Shown in pieces: positions 12,975 to 25,514 of a stretch of DNA of 64,000 nt. The translations under genes and the position numbers were made by a program. This stretch comes from Lama glama. Its lineage: Eukaryota. The DNA lies in contig CM052817.1 in the NCBI GenBank assembly GCA_028534125.1, positions 43,030,001 through 43,094,000 on the forward strand, in the 5' to 3' direction. Below the pieces are notes generated by a model that was not told where the DNA came from, ran no database searches, and was given only the letters and a program-made list of their open reading frames with translations. Position 1 is the stretch's first letter, and every line of letters starts with the position of its first letter.

Positions 12975-15202
12975 GTAAGTAACTTAGAACATTTTACATT
13001 CTATCTTTCATATAGGTCTTGGGTTTTCTTGCCATGGTTCCTTTGAACTTATGAATAAGCACATAATTAACCTGTATAAGAAGTGGTAGAGTCTTAGGTA
13101 GGCATAAACTCATTTTTCAAAAGGGCCCTATGATCTCTAACATCTGTTATGAGTTTTACTCATTTTACTAATTTTCCGTAGAAAAGAAATACATATGTGT
13201 ATATATAGTTATTTTCTGATATTTAACTTAGTGATATTAAATTAGTAACGTTTCCCCCACTAAATCTGTATAGCTACATGGTTCCTCAGGTGTGCATTAC
13301 ATCTTTTATTTTTATATTTATAGACTTAAAGTTAACACTTGATAAAGTTATGAAGCTGGCTGCTTTTTTCCATTTTTCCGTCTTATCCTTTGCTCCTCTC
13401 TCAGTGGGAGAAAAAAAAAAAAGGAAGGTTTATCTGTGAGTATGTTGACCCATATTTTTATACAAAAAATACATTTTCCTTTCCTTAGTCTTATATTTGG
13501 AGGCAGGCCTAGAGACAGACCAAGTGGGCGGTGAGTGTCTTTAATAAACATTTGAGTTCTAGATTAACTGTTTTCTGACCCTAAAGTTGCAAAAGTCATT
13601 TATGGCCTTGTGCAAAGCAGCATTTGAAACACTGTGATCAAGTTATACAGCAGCTGATCTAAATATGATGGCCAACCAAACTACCTCATCACCCCATGAC
13701 TCAGCCAAGAAGGCAAACTGACTCTTCCCTTGGGCTCAGTACATCTCCAGGTCTTCTGTTCAGAAAGTCCCCATCAACCCTACCTTCTTTTTCTCCTGCT
13801 CTCCTACCATACCCCTTTTTTTCCCCCCTTTTATCCTTTTAGTTCCCCCTCTTTCAGAGCCGAGATTGAGCTGCTCTCCCAGGAGTGGTATACCTTCTAG
13901 TCCCTTCCAGTAACAGGCCTAGAGCCTGTCCTGCCCAAGCCCTCCTTGTGTAGCAGGTGATCCAAGCCACATCCCCAGCCTTCACTTCCCGGGAGGATTG
14001 GCTGCAGCACGGGATTCCTCTGGCTGTTGGGAGTTCTTACGTAGGATGTTTGTTGCAACACAATAATAGAACTGTCAACACTTTCGGAGCGTAAAACTCA
14101 CAAAGCGAAAAATCATAAATTTGGTTTGAACATAAGAATGTTATTAATTGTAACCACTTATACATGAGCCATTTGCTTTTTAGGCCTGATTACTTTGGAA
14201 GATAAGCATATAATTAAATATATATGCAATTAGCCTTCTTGTAAATTGATTTGATTTTTAGTAATGAACTCTATTTATATCTGCTTACCTTTCACAACTT
14301 ATTCATTTTGCATGAAACTGTTTACATCTTAAAAAAAAAAAGGAACTTGTGAGTACAGTCATGTAATATTTGAATTGTTTGCTTATCTTGTTCTGTATTT
14401 CCCTGAAACCTGTTTTTTGTTTACCTCTTCCCAAACATATCTGATAATCAAAGAGACTAATGGGACACTTTTTGTAAATCTCTTTTCAGAAAAACTACAA
14501 GTCCAAAGTAGATTAAAGAAAAAAAGAGAACTGTTAGAGCTAATACAATCCATGATTATTTAAAGGAAAAATTGTTTTTTTCCCTCTGGTATCTAATCAT
14601 TTCCAGATATTCAGGTACTGTAGTGACTCTTTACCTTTTAAGGAACACAGGCTAATTTGAGAATGAGATTGAAAACTGGACCCTCTATCCTGGGTAGTGT
14701 GCTTTGGGGCATAAACTGACCAATCTGACATATGAATTTCAGGAAGTGTCATAGTCCCAGAGAAGTCCTTGGTAGCCCAGGTTAAGGACTCTGCCCTAGG
14801 TGATGCTAACTTTTGAGAGTCAAGGCCAGCTTTTCAACCACTCATTTACTTAAATATTATGTGAGTCTTTCAAACTTAGTATATTTTTAAATGAACATTC
14901 TTCTGTGCTTTCCCATTCTCTCCCCAACACACACACACACACATACACACCCCTCCTAGATCATCTTTTATCGTTTGCTGCACTGATAGAAGCCATCTTT
15001 GTGGCTTCTCACACTAGAAACAGTTGAGTCATCCTCTACTGCCCTCTCACACATCCAGTCAGCCATTAAGACTTTAGTTTATTCAAAAAATGTGTCTTGA
15101 ATCTGGTGCTCACATCTGTCTTCCTTATTCAACAAGCATCCAAGCTCCTGTTTTCTCCTTGAATCAGTTACCCTAATATCTTCTACCTGGCCTCCTGTCA
15201 CC

Positions 15203-15341
15203 TTTTTTTTTTTTTTTTTTTTTTTGGTGGGGGAGGTAGTTAGGTTTGCTTAATTGTTTTTAGAGGAGGTACTGGGGATTGAATCCAGGACCCTGTATAT
15301 GCTAAGCATGCACTCTACACCTGAGCTGTACCCCCCCCCCC
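15203..15341 (-). mobile_element. tRNA-derived SINE (camelid vic-1-like)
   Basis: Reverse complement begins GGGGTACAGCTCAGGTGTAGAGTGCATGCTTAGCAT...GGATTCAATCCCCAGTACCTC (A and B boxes) and ends in a long poly(A) tail. Confidence 0.8.
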
Positions 15342-15782
15342 TTTTTTTAACACTCACGTCAGAGTTATTCTAATAAGTCAGTTACAGCACTTACTATTAG
15401 ATCATAATCATTTGTTTATATGTCTGCCTCTCTCATAGCTCATGAGCTTACCCACTGAGAGAGCCCAGGTCATAGTCATCTTTGTTTCTACAGGACTTAA
15501 GTTGCCCCTGGCATATCATAGGTACTCTGGAAATCATAGGTACTTGTATGAATGGATGTGTTCTTTGTAAGCTCGCTTTGGGATCTAGCCTATCATCCTA
15601 AGAAACCTCACGGTTGTATACCATACACATTGTTGGAAGGAAGGAAGGCAATCATGTTTGGAAATGAAAATACCAAATAAACAGAGTTTGGAGTATGTAA
15701 TGTAGAAGCCAAAATTAAAAATAACTCTCTTCCTTCCCATTATTGTTGGTAACAATTAAAATGTGATTTCCTTTCCTTCCAG

Positions 15783-15980
15783 TATTGGCGTCAAGTGTAC
15801 TTGATCACAGTGCTTGCAATGATCCTGGCAGTGTTCTTTGCGCAGATTCATCCCAGTTACCTCACACAGCAGTGGCAGAGGCTCCGTTCCATCATCTTTT
15901 GCTCTGTGTCCGGATATGGAGTGATCCCTACTCTTCACTGGGTTTGGCTCAATGGAGGAATCGGTGCTCCTATTGTACAG
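15783..15980 (+). CDS. PAQR3: PAQR3 coding exon 4
   Basis: Acceptor ccttccag| and donor CAG|gtaggt. Encodes YWRQVYLITVLAMILAVFFAQIHP...GGIGAPIVQ; 198 nt. Confidence 0.97.
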
Positions 15981-16272
15981 GTAGGTTCAGTGTGATCAAT
16001 ATTTTTCCCATTTTTTGGTCCTTTTCAATTTTATTCCTTTTGGTAAAGTAATAATGTAATCAAGGCCAAGTGGGTGGTCTGTCATTTGAGAGCATATTTA
16101 TAATTGCAGAATGATGCAATAATTTTCACATCATAGAAATAAACAAACACACCTTGCATGAATAGTAGTAGTCTACTGTTTTCTTCTGAGGTGTATTTCT
16201 CTGTGAAATGATCCTTTTGTTTTTTGAGATTTTATCAAATTTATTTTAACTTTTGTTTTTACATTACAAACA

Positions 16273-16606
16273 TTTTTTTTAGTTGAAGTATAGTCAGTTC
16301 ATAATGTGTCAATTTCTGGTGTACAGCATAATGTTTTAGTCATACATATACATTCATATATTCATTTTCATATTCTTTTTCATTATAGATTACTGCAAGA
16401 TATTGAATATAGTTCCATGTGCTATACAGTATAAACTTGTTGTTTAATTATTTTGTATATAATAGTATCCTCAAGTCCTGAACTCTGAATATCCCTTCCC
16501 ACCCCCTTTCCCCACTCCCTGTAACCATAAGTTTATTTGCTGTGTCTGTGAGTCTGTGTCTGTTTTATAAATAAGTTCATTTGTGTTTTTTTTTAATAGA
16601 TTCTAC
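16273..16606 (-). mobile_element. LINE-1 3' end
   Basis: Poly-T followed by gttgaagtatagtcag...ggtgtacagcata...gatattgaatatagttcc...gtaaccataagttt, a typical cetartiodactyl L1 3' UTR; antisense counterpart of 38021-38292. Confidence 0.85.
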
Positions 16607-16675
16607 GTTTTAAACATGTTTCGTGTGTATTTTTTTCTTTTTCTTTTTACTTGAAGAGCCTAGGTTTTTTTTAAG

Positions 16676-16794
16676 CTTTTTGTGATGGGGGGTGTGATTT
16701 AGGTATGTTTGTTTTTAACAGAGGTACTGGGGATTGAACCTAGAACCTTGGGCATGCTAAGCCCATGCTCCACCACTGAGCTATATACCCTCCC
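16676..16794 (-). mobile_element. tRNA-derived SINE, same family as 15203-15341
   Basis: Reverse complement GGGAGGGTATATAGCTCAGTGGTGGAGCATGGGCTTAGCATGCCCAAGGTTCTAGGTTCAATCCCCAGTACCTC. Shares gaggtactggggattgaa with the first copy. Confidence 0.8.
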
Positions 16795-17689
16795 TTTCTG
16801 AGATGTAGTTCTCTGTAAAATGATCCATTCTTAATTCTGTCTACAACCCTTAGTATGTAAATATCCAAGTCCTTACTGTAGAGGAGGACTCCCAAGTTTC
16901 CAGCTTTGTCAGCTGGGTCAGGGATAATGCCAGGGGATAACACAACTGTGAAAGTAAGAGCAGTTGATTCGTTTGTTTAGTTTGTGGAGGAGGAGGGATT
17001 GAATTGGGAAGGATTTCTTCTTGGACCTGTTGAGTTTGAGTTACCTGCGGGATGTAAAGCTGGAGATAGGGTCTGAATTTAGCTCAGAGTTTGAGACCAG
17101 TGATAGTGATTTGAAAATTTCTACTGTCTTGGTAGCTGAAGCCATGTGAGTATATTCCACCTAGCAAGGGAAATACATTGGGAAATGAAAGAAGCACTAT
17201 TACGGTGAGGTACTACAGGGGGATATGGAGTACATTAGGAAGAACCTCAGTGAGAATTCTTCAGCATTCTTGAAAAGGGGATTAGAAGTAAGACTTAAGT
17301 CCTTAGAGATTCATATGATGATGCTTTAAGTGTGTGCTAGAGAGTAAACTTGAGAATTTTTAACATAAGTAATTATGCCAAGAAATCTAGCAGAAATCAT
17401 ATACACTTGTTATAGTGGGACTTTTGGGATATTGGAACTTAAAGGCAGGTTTTATTCAAAAGAACTATATTTTTTTAGAAAAGGAGGGACTAATAGTATG
17501 CTTACATATTACTTGCATCAAGTTGGCAACAACTTGGTAGAAAACATTTGCATATAAGAAGAGACTGCGATGGTGAGTTGAGTGACTTGATCTGGCTGCA
17601 CTGCCAACTTGAGGACAAGGGTGATGCTTTTGTCATAAGATTAGGAAACTGGGAGAAAGGTGAGGTAGTAGTGATGAGTAACTTCAGTG

Positions 17690-18430
17690 ATCCTGTGAAA
17701 ACATCATTTTTATGACAGTTTTGATGCCCTTAGAATAAGTAAGAAAATAGAATGGGGAACTGCCACTCTAGATTTAATCCTAACCAGAAATGAATTATTG
17801 ACATAGAAGTGAAAGAAATTTGGGGATGAGATAAACACATCCTTTTAAGATTATAATGACAAAAAAAGAGAACCTGATCCTTTAAGCCAGTAGATTTTAG
17901 AGAAATTAAGGGGAAAGGGAGGAATTTTGTATTCAGAAGTCTTAAAATAGAAATATGTCTTAGGAAGACAGTGACCCTCTAAGACGGAAATCTAATATTA
18001 TCACAGGTTATTCCAGTGCAGAAGCAAAGGGACACTTTCAGAGAAGTTCTCCAATAAGCTCTAATTTTAAGAAGATAGAGAGAGAGGCACTTAAACAAAG
18101 ATAAGATGTTCCAAAGAGCTAATCTTGGGAGGTAGGGTGGAGTTGTGCTCTAGAAATTTTGAGAAATCTGAGGTTAATTAGCCTGAGAATGTAGGATTTG
18201 GGGCAAGGGACCCATATAATTCTCAAATATTTGTAGAGGGAAGAGAAGTAATTTGTCTTTATTAAATGGCTTCTTATAAATTAGATTTATAACGGAATTA
18301 GGAACAATGTGTATAAATCACAGCTGGCTGATTTTCTTAGGGCAGGTAAAAGCTTTCCAAGATTGCTGTGAGATGGCCTGCTTCATATAGTTAGTGTTTA
18401 AGAGAACCATTTGTTTGGGATGGTGGAACA
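17690..18430 (+). mobile_element. CR1/L3 LINE relic
   Basis: Near 17756 it reads GTATLDLILTRNELL, resembling the CR1 endonuclease LDLILTN motif. The segment at about 18290-18360 resembles the L3 3' region. Confidence 0.6.
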
Positions 18431-18831
18431 GATGTCATTGTTGAGCTGAGTCTCTTGGGTCCTCTCCAGCCATAAATTCTTCTTTAGTCTCTTTGCTTCT
18501 TCAGCTGGTAAGTCCATCCCCTATGTCTTCCATCCCTGCACCTGTGTTGTAGGTGGCGCTGGGTGCCCCGCAGAGCTCCACATGCTGAAGCTCCAGCTGC
18601 TCCAGTGCCCTGACCTCTAGGGCACTCTCTCTGCCCCACGATGGTGCACTGCTCCCTGCGGTCTTGACCGCAAGGTTTCTATCGTTAGAGACTATCTACA
18701 AAAGCAATTCAGATTTAATACTTAAATCCCACCTATGAATTCTGATTTTAATTTGATGAAGTGATTAGGTTTGTAATGAACTGGGAATTCACAGTAGGGA
18801 GATCAGTAAAAAAATACGTTTTGCTTTTCAG

Positions 18832-18922
18832 GACTTCGCACCGCGTGTGATTGTGATGTATGTGATTGCTCTTCTTGCTTTCCTATTCTACATTTCCAAA
18901 GTTCCAGAAAGGTACTTTCCAG
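18832..18922 (+). CDS. PAQR3: PAQR3 coding exon 5
   Basis: Acceptor gcttttcag| and donor CAG|gtaggt. Encodes DFAPRVIVMYVIALLAFLFYISKVPERYFP (PERxxPG motif); 91 nt. Confidence 0.96.
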
Positions 18923-19589
18923 GTAGGTGTCACTTTTATAGTGATTCTGAACTTTATTCTGAATATATGGTGGAGGTATATGCTTCAGATCATCAAAACT
19001 TATTTTTTTTTCAATATTATTGATTTTAGAATGGCTCTTCTACTCTCAAGTGTTATCTTAAACTTTTAACTTTCAAATGGCTTTCACAAACTTTTTCTTT
19101 CACTGCCACAGTATGAGTCCAATAGATAAGGTTCCCACCATTTCATGATTACGAACTTGTGACAAAGCTGGGAGTCTCCCGACTCCCAGCCATGGCTTTT
19201 TTATGGAGTATTGGTTAGCAATTACCATTTACTTCCTTGTATACCAACTTTTGCATAAAATTAATTTATATATGCAGAGACCCATAAAATAAACAAGAGA
19301 CAAGGAAAGTAAGAGGATATTGAAAAGGAGCCAGGTTTAGGATCACCTCACACTGTATCTGTCCTAAGTTTCTGTGAAATAGACAGAGCTCACCAATCTG
19401 GCTTTCAGCTTCCTGGCACCCAGTGCTAAGAGGAAAATAATGTAAGTTAAGGGTCCTCATGTCACCCAGATAAACACAAGTGAGTAACTTAAGGACAGAT
19501 TTCCTTGCTTCTTCAGTCCAGAGGGGAAAAAAAAAATCTTCTGATGGAAAAAAACTAAGAGGGCACTGGGTAGAGTGAATAATGTTCTC

Positions 19590-19840
19590 CAAAACATGTA
19601 TCTGCTCTGTTAGGAGCTTCAGCCCTGGAGCCGGACAGCTTGGGTTCCAGTCCCCCGCCACCCCCTACCAGCTGCATGGGCTGAACAAGTTACGTAAGCC
19701 TTCTCGGCCCAGTCTCCTCATCTGAAACATGTGATACTCCTTTTCTCTCAAGGGGTTATTGCGAGGATTAGATGAGAAAAGGCACATGAAACACTGACTT
19801 CCTCACAAGTGGTAAGCACTCTGTAAATCTTAGCAGTTGT
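19590..19840 (+). mobile_element. MIR SINE
   Basis: tgggttccagtcccc...aacaagttacgtaagcc...cagtctcctcatctgaaac...gcgaggattagatgag. Confidence 0.7.
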
Positions 19841-21818
19841 TACCATGATACCCCTTAGCCCCAGATTCATAAGTGAAACACGCGGCTTAGTAAGGGACAG
19901 AGTGACGGAAGTCCAGGTGAGCTTTGGCTCGAGTCCAGAATCACACGAGACATACAGCAGTGGTCTTTCAGTTTCAGGCCAGAAGTAGGGGAGCAGTTTA
20001 AATTCAAATTGCAATTGTCCCCCCTTCCTCCTGGGGTAAGAATCTCCTACAGTGAGTCGAAGAGAGGGTTATGGCACTTGTCACGTGTGTTGGGGAGGAA
20101 GAAAGTATGAGAAACCTTTACTAGAGAATGAGTAGACCACGGGCATTCCTCTGTGCACTTGATTTTTCACCACCGAGTTTTAAATAAGAATGAAATACAA
20201 AGAAGAACCTGAGTGTAAACGTTAGGCTTCAGGAACGTAACTAGGACATGTCCCTGAATTTAAGACCACCCATCCTCCAAGCAGGGTCAGAATTTCCCTC
20301 AGAAAACAGTTCTGGTAAAATACATTTTTGTATCACTTTATTAATTATTAATGTCTTCTTCATAGATGTAGAAATAAGAAATAGAAAATTAAGCAGTTGA
20401 AGTTCTCTGCATTACGCAGTTATGGCCATAGTGTTTTTAGGCCTTAAATTCAGATCAAAACTTCCCAGTTGTCTAATATAGGACACCTATAAAAGGTCAA
20501 ATGTTATGTAACTTAACTTTTCTCAAGGTGAACTTGACATAAAACGTGCTCCACGTAGCTGAACGTGTGGAAGTATAGGTACATTTAAGCAATGGAGATA
20601 CAGAGACCATAAATTGAAATCTCAGATGTTCATGAATGAATGGCTTAGAAACCTTGTCTGGCCAGTCCTCATTTATTACCTGGTCCTAAAGAGAAACATG
20701 TGTAGTGGTGGTAGAATGGTGGACGAATACTGTGAAATCAGAAAACTTCAACTTCATCTCAGGTTAACTTCTTAAAAATATATAAACATCACAATGGTGT
20801 TTGATGGGTTCAAGGATCCCCAGAATGTCCATGGACAGAATTTATTGGCTCTGTAATACTTGTTATTACAATTAATCAGTTTTCTTTATAATTCTCAGTA
20901 TTGTATGCTTTTAAAAATGAGTCTGTGAGCTTCACTAGGCTGGCAGAGGGTTCCATGGCACCAAAAAAATTGGAAGAACCTCCACAGAAAGGATTCTATT
21001 GACTTAAAAATCTCCATACTGTACTGATTATTATTCTTGGCAAGAAAAGACAGTGATGGTTAGAGACTATTTACATTACATAATGTAGAAGCACCATGAG
21101 TAAGAAAAAGTTATTTACAATTAAATTTCTATAGCTCTGTATTTTGTTATTTATTTACTTTGTCGTTTTTCAAGACGCTTCCCACGTTAGTTATTTACTC
21201 TCCTTGGAATTTAAACTTTAACCACAAAGAGAAATGAAGTAGTTATCCTAAGTTGTATGTGAATTAATCAGTCTTAGCTAATTAACCCATTACTAATTAC
21301 AGTTTGCCAATTATTCCATTAGTCTGATATCACAAGATTTGGGTTTGAGTTTTCTCTCTACACACCTGCTTAAAATACAAAGTGCTTCCAGCAGACTTAC
21401 ACCCAAACACAGCAGTATATCTGCTTCATACCTGACCAATTTACAGCACTAATTTCCTTTGTTTCTCTCATGTGATGTCTTTTCTTCACCAGGTATATAA
21501 GTTGAGACGTGGGAGACAAAAGGTCAAATTCCTGAAATTAACCCAGTCTTGATTTTGAAAAGACATTTGGAATAATATTTCAGAAATTCACCAGGATACT
21601 TTATGAGTAAAACCTTAAAGTCAGACTCAAGTACAGTCTTTTTTTTTTAGAAAACATTTGGGTAAGAATTAATCTCCAGTCAGTCTCCAGGTGCTCTGAG
21701 ATGGCCAAAGTCTCTTTGCTGCTGAGACGTATTTCCAAAGCCACAGATGGTAATATATTTTTATTTTAATATCAAAATATTACAACCAATATTCTTTTCT
21801 CTCTACCTTCCCTTCCAG

Positions 21819-21961
21819 GACAACTAAACTACCTCGGGTCAAGCCACCAAATATGGCACATCCTTGCAGTAGTGATGTTATATTGGTGGCACCAGTCCAC
21901 AGTGTACGTCATGCAGTACAGACATAGCGAGCCCTGTCCTGACTATGTTTCACATTTGTGA
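21819..21961 (+). CDS. PAQR3: PAQR3 coding exon 6 (last), stop TGA 21959-21961
   Basis: Acceptor ccttccag|. Encodes (G)QLNYLGSSHQIWHILAVVMLYWWHQSTVYVMQYRHSEPCPDYVSHL* with the HxxxH motif. Spliced total 936 nt = 311 aa. Confidence 0.97.
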
Positions 21962-24580
21962 ACTCAGGTATGGCCGCCTGATGTATTCACTTGTAAGCAA
22001 TATATAACGGGGAGTTGTATGCCCCACTATTTCTAAGATTCCCACGGGTTTTTCCTCTTCCCTCTGGTTTAATACATCATGAGTAATACTTTATAAAAAT
22101 GGGAAAATATACTTGGGGATCTGTAATAGTCACTGCTTCATGGGCCCTTAAAACTACTAATTCGCTGCTTGTACAGAAAGTGAAAAGTAGTTGGCATTTG
22201 TAAGAAACATCTGAATAACAATGGATGTGAAGCCAGTGTAGAAGTAGTACTCGTTTTACTGAACACCAGCTTAATTTCCTTAGGAAGGGCTCACCTCCAT
22301 TAGAAAATGGAGCCATCCTGTGTGATTGCTGTAATAGTAGGTATTTACAGTCGACGATCAAGTTTAAGTGCCTAATCAAGGCAAGGGTTGCGACAGCCTG
22401 TGCTTAGCACAAGCTGATGTGATTTTGAGTAATCACTAGCCTTTAAATTGATGGTTTGTGAGAATCCGGCACTTAAGATATCATTTCCTTCAGCTGTAGG
22501 TTCTCCTCTCCCTAGAGACATTGGATTTTTCAGTTTGCTAGAACAAAAACTTTAGACCTCTTCTCCTTTAAGTTGAGAGAGGCATGAGAAGAGGAAGAGA
22601 ACTTGCATTGTCATTTCCCATCAGGTAAAAATCATATTAAAAACTGCTTACATGACCAGGTGACAAATTCTGTGGTCTAATAACCAAGTTATTAGCCATT
22701 TAAGCTTCTCAATTTCAAGTAATATTATTTAATTCCATGTAATAATTGAACTCTTGCCAGTGGATGGCAGATTTGGGGTTCCAAAATTCCTGTGGCAGAA
22801 CAGTTTTCACCTGAGTTCACAGTCTTAAATGTCCTGATGATGGGGGTTCCCAGCCACATGGGTGCTACTTTCAAGGCCATAGAATCCGGAGGGCTCAGTT
22901 CTCGACCCCAGAATGAACCTTAAGCCTTAGAACAAAGTCATGTAGACGCCCCATTTGATGACATGATTATTCACCTGTGCTCCAGTCTGTCCCTGTTTAT
23001 GCATGTGTTATTGTACTGGTAACTCACAGAATTGATATATACTATCTAGTATTTGGGCCTGAGACTTTAAATTTGCTCTTTATTGTATATACTTGAAAAA
23101 TAGATCCCTCTGCCCTATCATACAACATAGTGCTCCTATTCTCTGGTCTTTTCATTTGTGTAAGTTAAATCCCTTAAAGCAGCCATTCATAAAAACATGT
23201 CATTTACTGGAATATAAAATATTACCCAAGTTTCTTAATGGGTTGACATGAGCTGCTCTAAATACTGGTATATCTTCAGACCAATGGAAGTTGTGAAAAT
23301 CAGGAGGTGTGACCAATGGTGAAGCTTACTCCCCAAATGCCATTTGTACATCTGGTATTTAGAATGTTTCTTTAATGTGCCTCAGTTTATGCATCTGTAA
23401 AATTCTGTATTTCTTTTCAGTGTAGTGTTTTTGGAGTATAAGTTCCCCACACTAGTATTTCAGCAAGGAGAATACCCCCCTAGGAGGCTAAGGGCGCACC
23501 ATATTGCACCCATTATTATGATGGGACACCACTTTGAAAATGGCCTTTTTACCTCATAAGGCCAGAAATTTGATTCATATTCTAAGTGAGGGAAGGTTTT
23601 GGTGAAATGATACTAGGATATATTTTCCCTAAAACATACCTTATTGGCATATATAATATTATTGCTTTTAAATAGAAATTTTGTCATTTTGGCCAAATAA
23701 AATACACCTGAGTAGTTATAATTAATTTAAAAGTGAAGGAGACATCTAGTTATTTTAGGCCTGGCACCATTTTTATTATATATCTTCTCAAAATCAAAAC
23801 ATAGTGAACCTTAATTTTCATGTTCTTTTAATTGTTACTCTATTTTTTATTATAGTGTATGAAGTATTTCATACTTGCCATCTGACTTAATAGATAAAAA
23901 GACCATACTTTAAGACTTTTTTGAATTTAAAAAGCATACAGGTCTTACTGTAGAGAGAATTAAATTATACCATGTAAACATTTTGTCTTTTTATGAAAAT
24001 ATTAAATATTGTAAGAAAGCTCTCTCATTTTTATCTTTACTATGATGTACTTATTATTAAGCAGGGAGTGAATGAATGTGGGTTGCTGTCAGCTATAAAC
24101 ACTTCTGTGTATCAGCATTTATTGACCACCTACTGTGTGCACATCACTACTGGCAAAATTTTTAAGGCATTGTTAACATTAAAGAATAACTATTTAAAAA
24201 TTGCCTATGAATCTGAGCCTTATAATAATGTATATTTAAGTTATTTGTTTTTATTATAGATTTATTAAAATAAGATTAAAAGTACACTATTCAGCTGCAG
24301 TACTAAAAAAGACTGGTTTTAATTTTACCACTGTGTAAACTATAAAAGCTCTTTACCTACAGACTTTACAAGGACATTTTAAAATTATCCATGGCTGTTT
24401 TAAATTGCCTATAGTGATTTATAAGTTTGTAGTTAACTCATTAAAGAGAATTATCTTTCTATATAAAACCATTTTCAAATAGCAAGATAGTGCTTGTCTT
24501 TTTTGTTACTACAGAGTGCAATTCAGTAAGCTGCATGGCAAAATGTGTATTATGTAAATAAACTGGGTTTACTAAATATA
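21962..24580 (+). other. PAQR3: PAQR3 3' UTR, candidate poly(A) signal AATAAA 24557-24562
   Basis: AT-rich, repeat-poor sequence after the stop. The end is inferred; an earlier AATAAA exists near 23696. Confidence 0.5.
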
Positions 24581-25514
24581 TTAAGTGCTGCTTGTCATTC
24601 TTTATAATATAACAGCTTCAAAATCATATTTTAGAATCAGGAATGAAGATTCAGGGAATATGTGTCACTTCTTATGGCATCCCACCCGGACAGAATAACC
24701 GATTTGAAGATTGTGATTGCCTGGCATAAAGCTGTACAACTCTCCATTTGGCAGGTACCTACCTAGAGATACCCTTTGCCCTGCATTAAACGTCAAGGGG
24801 CAAAGCCCACACTTCTGGGTTCCTGCCACGTGCTGAGCTGAGTAGGTCGGTATTCACTTGTAATCATCATTCTGGGTAACTTCACCCCTGCCGAAGTGCG
24901 TGCAGTGAAAAATCAGCTCAGCTGTTACAGGCAGGAGTGTCTTTCACGTGGATTATCACAGTATTCGTGTCTATACTGAAGAGAGGTTCAGATGCTGCTG
25001 TGTACCAACGTCCCCTGAAATTCTGCACCAGACGACTTCCTGAATAGGAGAATGAAAGTGATCCAAAACCGAACCTACCTTTGAGAAAACATGTTCGCAA
25101 GGGAGAGAGAGTTATGGTGGGGGTCTCTCGTGAAAAGTTACTGTTCCGTCCTTAGCGGGCGGGGATGTTAGCCGCCAAGGTTCTGGTCTTGCTCTCTAAA
25201 CCTGGGATCAGAAACACTACGGAACATACATGTAAATCAGTAGTGCCCACAATCTGGAGCAAAAGTGAACTATCTTTAAATGTGCAACATATAAAACCTC
25301 AGAAGCTCATGCCTTCAGTATGAGAATATTAACTACATCTTACCTATGACGCTAGGGCGGGGCTTATTTTAAAAGGGATTCGCTATTCAAAATAAACGGC
25401 TGCCACTGCAGCATAGCTTCTTCTCTAAAGAAGGTAACTGTAACTGAGTGTGAAAAGTGGTATATGCCACACTCTTCTCTTTTTATGGAGCTTTTCAGCT
25501 TTTCTCGTTCGTGA

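Noticed and set aside
16720..16794. tRNA-like sequence
   Set aside because: It is the degenerate head of a SINE with a tail and a second copy nearby, not a tRNA gene.
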